A stretch of DNA of 64,000 bases from Candidatus Ryanbacteria bacterium RIFCSPLOWO2_12_FULL_44_26 (GCA_001821765.1 MHOA01000007.1:9565-73564), one strand, 5' to 3'. Counted from the first letter of the stretch, positions 50,491-60,148 are shown. Numbers and translations: made by a program. The notes: generated by a model from the letters alone, not told the origin.

Positions 50491-50642
50491 GTGTCTTTTA
50501 AGGGGAAACCGAAGACGCCGGTGTTTTTGTGAAGCTTAAAGAACCGTTTCAGCGGACAGCGCATGGTTTCTCCTTTCAGACTCTTTCTAAGGGATAAAAA
50601 GCCAGCCTTTGCTTTCCATGCTGAAGGGTGGCTTTTTGTTTG
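50491..50642 (+). ncRNA. candidate structured 5' leader RNA, copy B (same motif as 43214-43338)
   Basis: GTGTCTTTTAAGGGGAAACCGAAGAC...CATGGTTTCTCC then the AGCCAGCCTTTGC...GAAGGGTGGCT hairpin and TTTTTGTTTGG. Confidence 0.5.
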
Positions 50643-50730
50643 GCAGCTTGGTATGTATATCGCTGTTGTTTCGGAAGTGAAAAGATTTATTGTAAACCGT
50701 TTATCGTTTTGATTCCCGAGGTCATGTTTT

Positions 50731-52281
50731 ATGGTGGATAAGATTATCCAATATTCAAAAAGGTATTTGTTTGAGTGGAGCATATTTGTTGCACAACTCA
50801 AGGCGACGGTTATTGCGGTATTCCCATTTCTTAGATCCATTCATATATCCGAGGAGGTTTCCCTAGATTTTCAAAACAGCGATGATTATCTTTTTCTTGC
50901 TTTCGTTCACAGTGTTAAAAAACACATACATATTGAGACCGTTTCGCTGATGACTGTGGTGTTCACGCTGTTCTTTGGGGCCGTGTACGGCGCGGTACAA
51001 TTTTTTCACGTTCCGGGACTGGTTGTGATATCCAGCATTGTTGCTTTTTTTTATTTGGTCTTGATGGCGTTTAAACTCTGGATTGTTTATCACGGCGTGT
51101 CCTATCCGCTGATCGATTTTTCGAAAAAGGAGATTGAGCATATAAACGACGATGATTTGCCTCTCTATACCATATTAATTCCTCTATACAGAGAAGCCGA
51201 AGTAGCTGACCAAGTCATAAAAGCGATGTCCGCCATAGATTATCCAAAAGACAAGCTGGATATTATCATCACACTAGAAAAATATGATGCGGAAACTCTT
51301 TCAGCTCTTAAAAAGTCAGGTCTGCCTTCCCATTTCAAGACGCTGATACTGCCCGATGTATGTCCTAAAACAAAGCCGAAAGCGCTGAATGTCGCTTTTC
51401 TTGAGGCAATGGGTGAGTTTTTAGTCATCTACGATGCTGAAACTGTTCCTGATGCGGATCAGCTTAAAAAAGCGTATCTTGCGTTTCGATCACATCCGGA
51501 TATTGCGTGTTTCCAAACCCGCCTTGAACATTACAATGCAAACCATAATATATTGACAAAACTTTTTAATACCGAATACTCTTTCCACTACGATCTCTTT
51601 TTGCCCGGTTTGCAAAAGCATAATTTTCCCGTTCCGCTTTCAGGTCACAGCATTCACTTCAGGCGTCACGTCATAGAGAAGATAGGAGCGTGGGATCCGT
51701 ATAATGTAACGGAAGATTGCGATATCGGAATTCGGCTGTATCGTCAGGGGTTTAAGACGGGAATGATGAATTCAGTGACTTATGAAGAGGCCACCTGTAC
51801 GTTAAAAAGCTGGACTATCCAAAGAACAAGATGGATGAAGGGGTTTATCCAGACAAGCATTGTGCATTTGAGGCATCCGTTGCGCTTTAAACAGGAAGTG
51901 GGAGGGTGGAGAAATTTTTTCGTTTTTTTATTAACCGTGCCCGGGACGGTGGCGGTTAACATTCTTAATTTAGTGCTATGGGTGATTCTTGTCATATGGC
52001 TTGTCATGCACTCTTCGTTCATTCAAACGCTCTATCCGCAGCCGGTCCTTTATATGTCAGGGGTTGCATTTATCGTCGGCAGTTTCATATTTACGTACCT
52101 CAATCTGCTTGGGGCCTACCGGAGGAAAAAGTTTTATTTGGTAAAGTACGGCATGCTCACGCCAATATATTGGGTGATGATTGCTATAGCAACCACACGC
52201 GCAGCATTACAGATTATAAAGAATCCTCACGGATGGGAAAAGACAAAACACGGCTCGCACTTATCAAAACAATCCGGCTAG
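50731..52281 (+). CDS. processive family-2 glycosyltransferase (cellulose synthase / CslA / NodC-like), membrane-integrated
   Basis: D, DxD (YDAE), TED (VTEDCD) and QRTRW (QxxRW) motifs; TM helices at both ends. Confidence 0.7.
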   Translation: MVDKIIQYSKRYLFEWSIFVAQLKATVIAVFPFLRSIHISEEVSLDFQNSDDYLFLAFVHSVKKHIHIETVSLMTVVFTLFFGAVYGAVQFFHVPGLVVISSIVAFFYLVLMAFKLWIVYHGVSYPLIDFSKKEIEHINDDDLPLYTILIPLYREAEVADQVIKAMSAIDYPKDKLDIIITLEKYDAETLSALKKSGLPSHFKTLILPDVCPKTKPKALNVAFLEAMGEFLVIYDAETVPDADQLKKAYLAFRSHPDIACFQTRLEHYNANHNILTKLFNTEYSFHYDLFLPGLQKHNFPVPLSGHSIHFRRHVIEKIGAWDPYNVTEDCDIGIRLYRQGFKTGMMNSVTYEEATCTLKSWTIQRTRWMKGFIQTSIVHLRHPLRFKQEVGGWRNFFVFLLTVPGTVAVNILNLVLWVILVIWLVMHSSFIQTLYPQPVLYMSGVAFIVGSFIFTYLNLLGAYRRKKFYLVKYGMLTPIYWVMIAIATTRAALQIIKNPHGWEKTKHGSHLSKQSG

Positions 52282-52292
52282 ATTAAAAACGT

Positions 52293-54116
52293 ATGCTAAA
52301 GCGCACCACACAAACAACGTTGTCAGCAAAACTAGCAAGAACAGAGGTTCTGTTGTTTGCTGCTGTATTGGTTATCGGATCGCTGTATGCATGGTATGTC
52401 TACGAGCTTGGGTTTACCTTGTTTCTTGTTGACCAAAATGCCCATTTAAATATTTCACGCCTTATCATTGACAGTTTAACGCCTGGAATCAGTCAGATCG
52501 GTTTTTGGCCCCCGCTTCTCCATATACTCATGATTCCGTTTTCGTTCATTGATGTGCTGTATCAAAGCGGTCTTGCCGCCCCTTTTGCGCTGGTGCCGGT
52601 TTTAGGAGTGGGGGCGCTTTTTCTTTATAAACTGCTGTTTCTTTTTACAAAAAGAAAAGCAGCAGGTGTTCTGGGCGCGTTTCTGTTTGTTTCTAATCCG
52701 TACGTGCTTTACTACTCTGTAACGCCAATGACCGAAGCGCTTTTCATATCATCCCTCTTTATTGTCGCGTATTTTCTTGCACACTGGTTGGTTACAGAGC
52801 AATTTTCTTCACTATTATATCTCGGTATATCTATAACGCTTGCAGGCCTTGCCCGCTTTGAGGGATTTCTGCTCGTTCCGATCGCGGTAGTTATTGTTGT
52901 TCTAAAACTAGTATTGCAAAAGAAACACTATCATGAGATTGAGGCGCTGCTTATTTTGTTCGGGCTGATAGCGGTGCTCGGAGGCGTCTTTACTGTTATG
53001 TACGGATGGGTATTTACGGGTGATCCGTTTGCATTTCTCAATAACCCCTTTTCCCCCCAAGCTCAACAGCGGGACTACTTTTTACCATCCAAACACAGCA
53101 TTGTAAATTCATTTCTGTATCTTCTTTACGCTTTATACCACCTGATAGGAAAAACCTTAGGTCTGCTTGCAATAGGTGCATTTGCGGCGCTGCTGTTCTT
53201 GCTTAGAAACAACCGTTTTAATTTTATTGCCGTAAGTTTGGTGCTGATAAGCCCCTTCTTTTTTGACTGGTTTGCCCTTTTTCAGGGCAGCGCTCTTATT
53301 TATGTCCCGGACCTGCCTCCCTTCGGAGAGTTTGCGAACGAGCGATATGGTCTTTATCCGTTCGGGTTCACGGTCTTTGCGGCAGGAATGTTTGTATATT
53401 TTTTGTATGAGCGGGCGCTGTCGCAAAGGGTACTTTGGCCTGTGACTGCAATCGCGACGGGCTTGATCATGGGGCTTCTTTTTTGGAATAGCGCCTTACT
53501 TTTTTATAACGTAACCTATGCGGACACGTTTAAGGTTATCCAAATGTCCGGTAAGGGTTCATTAATACCGGATCAGAGAGAACTTGCGTTGGCGTTGAGG
53601 GGTCAGTATGATTACGGGAAGATTTTGCTTATGCGCGCTATGCAGAACCACATAACCGTTACGGCACAAATTCCGCTCAAGAGCTATATTGTTGAAAGCA
53701 ATTACCCTTACTTCGATGAAGCGCTGGAACTGCCGTGGTTTTTTGCGCGATGGGTGGTTATGTATAACCCCGACATAGCGGTTGTGGAGTGGAGGAAGGA
53801 AAACGAACGCATTTCGGCTCGCTGGGCAAATTCGGATGAATTTCGTGAAGCATATGAGCTTGTTTTTGAAAACGAATCCGAACGTTTATACCGTTTAAGG
53901 GAAGATGTTGTAAGAAAAAAAGCCGCGATGATTGGTATGGATGCATCAACTATTCCTTCATTGAATCCTGATATGGTTCGGTGGGAAACAAGGACGGTAT
54001 ATGCTGAAATTACAGGGAAGTTGAGAGTTTACTATGAGGGGATCATGGTGAAAGCTGACGAAGCAAAGACGTTAGGTTTTGAGATGCAAACCGATGAGGA
54101 TGCTGAAGATAATTGA
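52293..54116 (+). CDS. GT-C fold-like polytopic membrane protein (PMT/ArnT-like putative glycosyltransferase)
   Basis: ~12 TM helices over the first 420 aa, then a soluble C-terminal domain; architecture only, no catalytic motif confirmed. Confidence 0.4.
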   Translation: MLKRTTQTTLSAKLARTEVLLFAAVLVIGSLYAWYVYELGFTLFLVDQNAHLNISRLIIDSLTPGISQIGFWPPLLHILMIPFSFIDVLYQSGLAAPFALVPVLGVGALFLYKLLFLFTKRKAAGVLGAFLFVSNPYVLYYSVTPMTEALFISSLFIVAYFLAHWLVTEQFSSLLYLGISITLAGLARFEGFLLVPIAVVIVVLKLVLQKKHYHEIEALLILFGLIAVLGGVFTVMYGWVFTGDPFAFLNNPFSPQAQQRDYFLPSKHSIVNSFLYLLYALYHLIGKTLGLLAIGAFAALLFLLRNNRFNFIAVSLVLISPFFFDWFALFQGSALIYVPDLPPFGEFANERYGLYPFGFTVFAAGMFVYFLYERALSQRVLWPVTAIATGLIMGLLFWNSALLFYNVTYADTFKVIQMSGKGSLIPDQRELALALRGQYDYGKILLMRAMQNHITVTAQIPLKSYIVESNYPYFDEALELPWFFARWVVMYNPDIAVVEWRKENERISARWANSDEFREAYELVFENESERLYRLREDVVRKKAAMIGMDASTIPSLNPDMVRWETRTVYAEITGKLRVYYEGIMVKADEAKTLGFEMQTDEDAEDN

Positions 54117-54141
54117 CGATATCAGTAATATCATTATCACG

Positions 54142-57100
54142 ATGAGTACAAATATATCTACACCACTGACAAAAACGTTCGTACGCCCGCTTTGTGCTGT
54201 AGCATTTTTTGTGTTTTTCGGTCTTGTCTTTGCCGGTGTTGCAGATGCGCATGAGATGCGCATCAACACCGGAGGCCTCTCCTTCGTTGATACCGGCGGC
54301 AACACTTGGGAAGCCGATGCGCATTTCAACACCGGCAACACCTTCTCCACCGCTGCTGCGATCAGCAACACGGCCGATGACCTGCTCTATCAGACCGAGC
54401 GGTGGGATGATGCGCCCGCCCCAGAGCTTGCGTATGCCATTCCCGTAGCAAACGGCGATTACATGGTTACCCTCCACTTTGCAGAAATCTGGTCAGGAGC
54501 TTTTTCCATCGGTGCACGGGTGTTCGATGTAGGGATGGAAGGAATCACCGTCTTAGACAATATTGATATCTATGCCGAGGCCGGAGCAAACACCGCGCTT
54601 ACAAAAACCTTTACTGCCACCGTCACCGACGGCGCATTGGACATACTTTTTACCCATGTAGTCCAGAATCCCAAGATCGCTGGGATTGAGGTGATGGAAC
54701 ATGAGGAAGAGACGCACCTTATGCATGTGGTGGCGGGTCCTGATCAAACCGTAGTGGATGATGACGGTGATGGCGCCGAATTAGTCACGCTGGATGCAGG
54801 TGATTCCCACACCCATGCGTTTGGCGAAACAATTGTAAGCTGGGTTTGGGCGGAAGGCGTCGAAACCATTGGCACAACTGAAGTCATCACCGCACCTTTT
54901 TCGGTCGGTGTCCATGAAATTTTGCTTGTTGCAACAGATAGTGCAGGAAATACCGGCAGCGATGCGGTAATGGTCACAGTGCTTGCGCCGAACGATGTAC
55001 CCGGCCTTGCCGGCTATTATTTTGATTTTACCGGCACCCCGCTTACATCCATACCGGATGTAAGCGCCCTGCAAGCCGACTGGGCGCAAATAGAGCCAAA
55101 TCTTAATTATGATGCGACATCAGGAAATTTTGCTGGAACTCCTTTTAGCGAAAACTTTGCCGCCCGCTATACGGGATTTATAGATATTCCGGTTGGCGGA
55201 TCATACGGCTTCGCGATAGAAAGCGATGACGGCTCGCGGCTTTTTATAGACGACGCGCTTTTGATCAACAATGACGGACTCCATGCGATGAAGAAGATGT
55301 CCGCGGTCAGCGCGTTATCTGCCGGGATGCATAAGGTTATGATTGAATTTTTTGAGGCAAGCGGGCAAGCAGGATTGAAATTTTACTGGACGCCTCCTGC
55401 GATAGCAGAGCAGATTGTTCCTTCAAGCGCGTTGTTTTATGAATATCCAGCGCTCCTCCCCGTCATCAATGTTATTGATCCTCTTTCAGGGCCCGAGGTC
55501 GGCGGCAATAAAGTAACGATAAACGGTTTTGGGTTTATTTTTTCTGTAGATGAAACAACGGTCAATTTCGGGGGAACAGCGCTTACGGGGAGCAGCCTTA
55601 CGATTATTGACGAAAATACTATAGAGGTTATTGCACCTGCGGGAATCGGAACGGTAGCGGTAAGCGTGGCAACGCCAAATAGCGTAAGCAAAGGAGAAAA
55701 TTATCTTTATATCGAAGATGCTCCGCCGCCCGTTCTGTTTACGAGCGGGACGCTCTTTTCAGGTATTAATGGCCCGACAAGCCTTGCTTTTGGACCTGAC
55801 GGCAAGCTCTATGTAGGAACGCAGTTCGGGACAGTATGGGTGTTAACGCTTGATGATAATCTCAACGTCATTAATTCCTATTCTACCGGCATCATTCAGG
55901 ATTCAGAGTCGACGTTTCGGAGTATTCTTGGCATCGCCTTTAATCCTTTAGATGATCCTTTAAACCCAAAGCTCTATGTGGCGCACAGCTTTCTTTTTCA
56001 TGGAGACGATATTGATTTTTATAAAGGAAAAATAAGCACCTTGAGCGGTCCCGGTTTAAGCGTTAAAGAAGACATTATCACGGGTCTTCCGGTTTCCGAT
56101 CACGATCACGGCATGAACGGCATGGAATTCGGAATGAAAGGGGAAATGTATATTCAAGTCGGAGGCAATACCAATGCCGGTGTCCCGGGAGTGCTCAGTT
56201 CTTCGGGGGAGCTGGATGAAGGGGCGCTTTCAGCGGCCACGCTGGTTGCCCATCTTGAGCGGGAAAATTTTGATGGGAATGTCACTCATAACTCAGCGGG
56301 GGAGCAAACTGGAGGGTTTGATGTTGAGGTTTTTGCTTCCGGTTTTCGCAACCCCTATGATTTGGTTCTGCATTCTAACGGAGGGCTCTATGGAACTGAC
56401 AACGGCCCGAACTTCGGGTATGGAGGGAAATCAACCGGGTGCGCGGCAGAAGGCCCTGACCCTGAAGAGCCTGACGAGCTCAATCTCATTGTTGAGAATG
56501 GATATTATGGCCACGCAAATCGTCTGCGCGGAGCAAGCGATCCTCGGCAGTGCGTGTGGCGCAGTATCTTTGAGCCGAGCGACGCGCAATATACCGCTCC
56601 CATGACAACATTCACCCCATCTACCAATGGCATTACCGAATATCGCTCAAACACCTTCGGCGGGCAATTAAAGGGCCATCTGCTTGCCTCGCGCTGGGAA
56701 GGGGAGCTCTATGACGTTGAGCTTTCAGGTGATGGCAAGAGCGTGGCAAGCCAAAACATCTTAACGCCGCAGGGGGGTCTTGATGTAACGACTGGTCCTG
56801 ATGGAACGATTTTCATCGCCCAACATCTGGCTGGTAAGATTATTTATCATAAGCCCAGTGAACCCGTCCCTTCCGTTCCTCATATTATATCGGCAACACC
56901 CTACCGAGGTCCGCTGACCGGAGAACGAACAGCGCTTATTACCGGTTCTGGGCTTAATGCGGGCGGTATGGCCATGGTCACGTTTGGAGGAAAAAATTGT
57001 CCAACCGTTTCTGTTACATCAACAGCTATAAAGTGCATGGTTCCAGCCGGCGACGCGCCGGGAGCGGTAGACATAGTGGTAACTACCGCAGGCATGACCG

Positions 57101-58557
57101 CCGTTCTTCCCGGGGGATATACCTATATGGATTCAACACTTCCGCCTCCGCCGCCCTTGGTTGGCAAGTGGTTTGCCAAGGTGCCGCTTCCCATTGCAAT
57201 CGGTGAGATGTCGGCTGCGGCGATTGGAGATTTTGTTTATGTGCTGGCTGGTCACGGCGAAGGCGCATATAACGATACGCTCTACCGGTATGATACGATG
57301 CAAAATGTCTGGGAGAGTATGGCGCCGCAGACGGTAGCCCCGTTGGCGGATCACGCAGCTGTTGAGGTTATTAACGGGAAGATATATATGTTTGGCGGGA
57401 TTTTACCTCCGGGGGAAGGAGAATCAAACACACTTGCGATTTATAATCCTGTCACGGATGCATGGTCGCTTGGTTCACCCCTCATGAAAGAAGGCGTGCC
57501 GTATGGGCTTGGCTCGGTTGCATCCGGCGTTATTGGCGGAAAGCTCTATATTGCGGGAGGCATCCACGATGGGAATCTTGCCGGGAATCCAACTGACACG
57601 TTCGTGTATAATCCGGTGGCGGACATATGGACGGAACTTGCCCCAATGCCGTCCGGCAGGAATCACGCCGCTGGCGTGGGTTACAGCGGCAAGTTCTACG
57701 TTTTTAGCGGCAGGCAAGGAGAGAATGATCCAAACGAATTGACGTTTGACGATTCGTACGTGTACGATCCATCCTCTAATACATGGGGAATGCTCGCTCC
57801 CATTCCGACGCCAAGAGGCGGCATGGGAACAGCTGTTGCGCTGCTGGACGAACTTTTTGTAATTGGCGGGGAGGGCGGAGGACCGTCGTCCGGGACGTAT
57901 CCGAATGTTGAAGCGTATAATCCCGTAACAAACACATGGCGCGCACTGCCGGATCTCCCCACGCCCCGGCATGGTATTTATCCCGTGCTGGTTGGGGATG
58001 ATATCCATGTGGTCGCCGGTGGGACAATGGAGGGTCATTCCCATAGCGCAATACACGAAATGTACAATCCCTACGGTATTGATGAGCACCAAGCGCCATC
58101 AGCAGGCATCCGCATCAACACCGGCGGCCTCTCCTTCGTTGATACCGGCGGCAACACTTGGGAAGCCGATGCGCATTTCAACACCGGCAACACCTTCTCC
58201 ACCGCTGCTGCGATCAGCAACACGGCCGATGACCTGCTCTATCAGACCGAGCGGTGGGATGATACCCCAGCTCCGGAATTAGCGTATGCTATTCCGGTAG
58301 ACAATAGTCATTACGAAGTGACCCTCCATTTTGCCGAAATCTGGTCGGGCGCCTTTGCGGTTGGCGCGCGCGTGTTTGATGTGGCCATTGAAGGCGCCAC
58401 GGTTCTAGACGACTTTGACATTTATGCCGAAGCGGGAGCAAACACCGCGCTTACGAAAACCTTCCATGTTGAGGTCTCCGATGGCACGCTGAACATCCTC
58501 TTTTCCCGCGAAGTCCAAAATCCCAAGATCGCTGGGATTGAGGCGGTCAGGCACTAA
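54142..58557 (+). CDS. giant secreted carbohydrate-active multidomain protein: malectin - PA14 - IPT/TIG - sugar-dehydrogenase-like propeller - IPT - Kelch propeller - malectin
   Basis: Signal peptide at the internal Met (MSTNISTPLTKTFVRPLCAVAFFVFFGLVFAGVADA). Malectin-like domains at both ends (INTGGLSFVDTGGNTWEADAHFNTGN...LYQTERWDD...LHFAEIW...RVFDV...NPKIAGIE). PA14 (GLAGYYFDF...SDDGSRLFIDDALLINND...GLKFYW). Kelch repeats (GKIYMFGG, GKLYIAGG, GKFYVFSG). Confidence 0.65.
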   Translation: MSTNISTPLTKTFVRPLCAVAFFVFFGLVFAGVADAHEMRINTGGLSFVDTGGNTWEADAHFNTGNTFSTAAAISNTADDLLYQTERWDDAPAPELAYAIPVANGDYMVTLHFAEIWSGAFSIGARVFDVGMEGITVLDNIDIYAEAGANTALTKTFTATVTDGALDILFTHVVQNPKIAGIEVMEHEEETHLMHVVAGPDQTVVDDDGDGAELVTLDAGDSHTHAFGETIVSWVWAEGVETIGTTEVITAPFSVGVHEILLVATDSAGNTGSDAVMVTVLAPNDVPGLAGYYFDFTGTPLTSIPDVSALQADWAQIEPNLNYDATSGNFAGTPFSENFAARYTGFIDIPVGGSYGFAIESDDGSRLFIDDALLINNDGLHAMKKMSAVSALSAGMHKVMIEFFEASGQAGLKFYWTPPAIAEQIVPSSALFYEYPALLPVINVIDPLSGPEVGGNKVTINGFGFIFSVDETTVNFGGTALTGSSLTIIDENTIEVIAPAGIGTVAVSVATPNSVSKGENYLYIEDAPPPVLFTSGTLFSGINGPTSLAFGPDGKLYVGTQFGTVWVLTLDDNLNVINSYSTGIIQDSESTFRSILGIAFNPLDDPLNPKLYVAHSFLFHGDDIDFYKGKISTLSGPGLSVKEDIITGLPVSDHDHGMNGMEFGMKGEMYIQVGGNTNAGVPGVLSSSGELDEGALSAATLVAHLERENFDGNVTHNSAGEQTGGFDVEVFASGFRNPYDLVLHSNGGLYGTDNGPNFGYGGKSTGCAAEGPDPEEPDELNLIVENGYYGHANRLRGASDPRQCVWRSIFEPSDAQYTAPMTTFTPSTNGITEYRSNTFGGQLKGHLLASRWEGELYDVELSGDGKSVASQNILTPQGGLDVTTGPDGTIFIAQHLAGKIIYHKPSEPVPSVPHIISATPYRGPLTGERTALITGSGLNAGGMAMVTFGGKNCPTVSVTSTAIKCMVPAGDAPGAVDIVVTTAGMTAVLPGGYTYMDSTLPPPPPLVGKWFAKVPLPIAIGEMSAAAIGDFVYVLAGHGEGAYNDTLYRYDTMQNVWESMAPQTVAPLADHAAVEVINGKIYMFGGILPPGEGESNTLAIYNPVTDAWSLGSPLMKEGVPYGLGSVASGVIGGKLYIAGGIHDGNLAGNPTDTFVYNPVADIWTELAPMPSGRNHAAGVGYSGKFYVFSGRQGENDPNELTFDDSYVYDPSSNTWGMLAPIPTPRGGMGTAVALLDELFVIGGEGGGPSSGTYPNVEAYNPVTNTWRALPDLPTPRHGIYPVLVGDDIHVVAGGTMEGHSHSAIHEMYNPYGIDEHQAPSAGIRINTGGLSFVDTGGNTWEADAHFNTGNTFSTAAAISNTADDLLYQTERWDDTPAPELAYAIPVDNSHYEVTLHFAEIWSGAFAVGARVFDVAIEGATVLDDFDIYAEAGANTALTKTFHVEVSDGTLNILFSREVQNPKIAGIEAVRH
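54255..54690 (+). repeat. intragenic direct repeat copy 1 (malectin domain), partner at 58107-58542
   Basis: First ~160 nt and last ~35 nt are nearly identical to the partner copy; the middle is ~75% identical. Confidence 0.7.
58107..58542 (+). repeat. intragenic direct repeat copy 2 (malectin domain)
   Basis: See copy 1. Confidence 0.7.
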
Positions 58558-58646
58558 AGCGCAAATAATCTGATACACTGTCTTTGTTCTCTAGAGGAGA
58601 GAACTGTTTTGTCCATCAAGAAACATGATCATTTCGGGAAAACAAT

Positions 58647-59840
58647 ATGCAGTTTAAGAGCCCCGTAAGACTATTTATACTCCTTTTTGGTTTTATATTC
58701 ATTTTTATCGCTGTTTCAAGCGTAGTTATTGCTGTTTCTTTTTTTAATATGCTGTTGGATACCAAAAAAGAGAATAATACGCCAGCTATTTCGTATCACA
58801 GCACAGATCAGGATTCTGTTGATTCCAAATATCAAGAAGCGCCAGCTATAAAGGAAGAGAACCAGAGAACAGAACATGAGGATCAATCAGTGAAGGGGCT
58901 TGCATTGTCGTTTCCGCCGCCCCCTTCCATTCTTAGAAAACCGCTGACCGGAGAGGCATGTGAGGCGGCGATCAACTCCTCTCCCTTTTACCGTGATCCG
59001 AAATCTCAAGCCGCAAAAGCGCAAATGGCGCTTGCCACAGAGGGACGCACGGAAGACGCCGATGTATTGAGGGAAATTTCCTGTTTTCCGCAGGCTGCAT
59101 GGATTATCGGAGGTTCCCCGGCCGAAGCGCGCGCCCGCGTGGAAGAAATAAACGCTAGAGCAGCGGATCAAAATAAAATTGCGCTTTTTGTTCTTTATAA
59201 TATTCCTTCACATACGACGCCCGCATGGCGAAGCGGTTTAAAGAACGAAGTCTATCGCGATTGGGTTGGCGCCGTTGCCCAAGGAATTGGCATAAGACGG
59301 GCATGGATTGTTCTTGAGCCGGATGCGCTCCCGCTGGCCACCGGCCTTAGTTTAAACGATCAGGCAATTCGGTTAGGAGAAATACGCGATGCCGTTGAAA
59401 TACTAAAAAAACATTCTCTAAACGTTCGGGTGTATCTTGATGCAGGGCACAGTTTCTGGAAAACGCCGGATGCAATTTCAGCGTTGCTGCTGAAGGCGGG
59501 AATCGCGAGAGCGGACGGATTTATCGTGAATGTATCAAACTATCAATTACTCTCCGATGAGCTGATATTTGGTCGCGCGGTTTCGGCGCGCACGGGCAAC
59601 ACGTCATTTATTGTGGATACAAGCCGCAACGGAAACGGCCCTCCCAGCGATAAAGAATGGTGCAATGCGCGGGGACGGGCATTGGGACTGAAGCCAACAA
59701 TCAAGACTGGCGAGCCGTTGGTGGACGCTTATCTTTGGATAAAGCCCCCGGGCGAGTCGGATGGAGATTGCAACGGCGGCCCGCCAGCAGGAAAATTCTG
59801 GCTTGAGTATGCGCTTGATTTGGCACGGAACGCCCTTTAA
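58647..59840 (+). CDS. glycoside hydrolase family 6-like protein (cellulase fold), membrane-anchored; DRDC catalytic-acid motif apparently replaced
   Basis: N-terminal TM; IVLEPDALPLA, YLDAGHSFW, GFIVNVSNY, WCNARGRALGLKP, WIKPPGESDG align with GH6 signature blocks; the segment aligning to the YDLPDRDC box reads YNIPSHTT. Confidence 0.65.
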   Translation: MQFKSPVRLFILLFGFIFIFIAVSSVVIAVSFFNMLLDTKKENNTPAISYHSTDQDSVDSKYQEAPAIKEENQRTEHEDQSVKGLALSFPPPPSILRKPLTGEACEAAINSSPFYRDPKSQAAKAQMALATEGRTEDADVLREISCFPQAAWIIGGSPAEARARVEEINARAADQNKIALFVLYNIPSHTTPAWRSGLKNEVYRDWVGAVAQGIGIRRAWIVLEPDALPLATGLSLNDQAIRLGEIRDAVEILKKHSLNVRVYLDAGHSFWKTPDAISALLLKAGIARADGFIVNVSNYQLLSDELIFGRAVSARTGNTSFIVDTSRNGNGPPSDKEWCNARGRALGLKPTIKTGEPLVDAYLWIKPPGESDGDCNGGPPAGKFWLEYALDLARNAL

Positions 59841-60035
59841 GGGATGGGTATATCTTGTGGATATTTTGTGACCAAAGTGTTTATGAATTTTGGTTCATTT
59901 TTATTGACCATGAGTGTTTGGAATTGTTAAAGTTGTAATGGTAAGAACATGGCATAGAAATATCGAAATAAGAAAACTTAGATCAAGGAAATAAGAGCGC
60001 AGGTTTTTATGAATGTTGGTTTTTAATACAACTTA

Positions 60036-60090
60036 AAAAAGCGCAGGGAAACCGCTTTTCATCAAGTTCTGTACCTGCGCTTTTTTATTA
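60036..60090 (+). terminator. hairpin (large loop) plus T-tract between the GH6 gene and the next cluster
   Basis: AAAAAAGCGCAGG ...26 nt... CCTGCGCTTTTTTATT. Confidence 0.35.
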
Positions 60091-60148
60091 CTTCATTTAA
60101 ACAGAAAATATTGCCGATATCTGATTATTAAGTACTAAGTGAATTTTT

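Noticed and set aside
50599-50642. T-box antiterminator resemblance (AAGGGTGGC) in leader copy B
   Set aside because: The element is far too short for a T-box, lacks stem I/specifier features, and the downstream genes are not aminoacyl-tRNA or amino-acid related.
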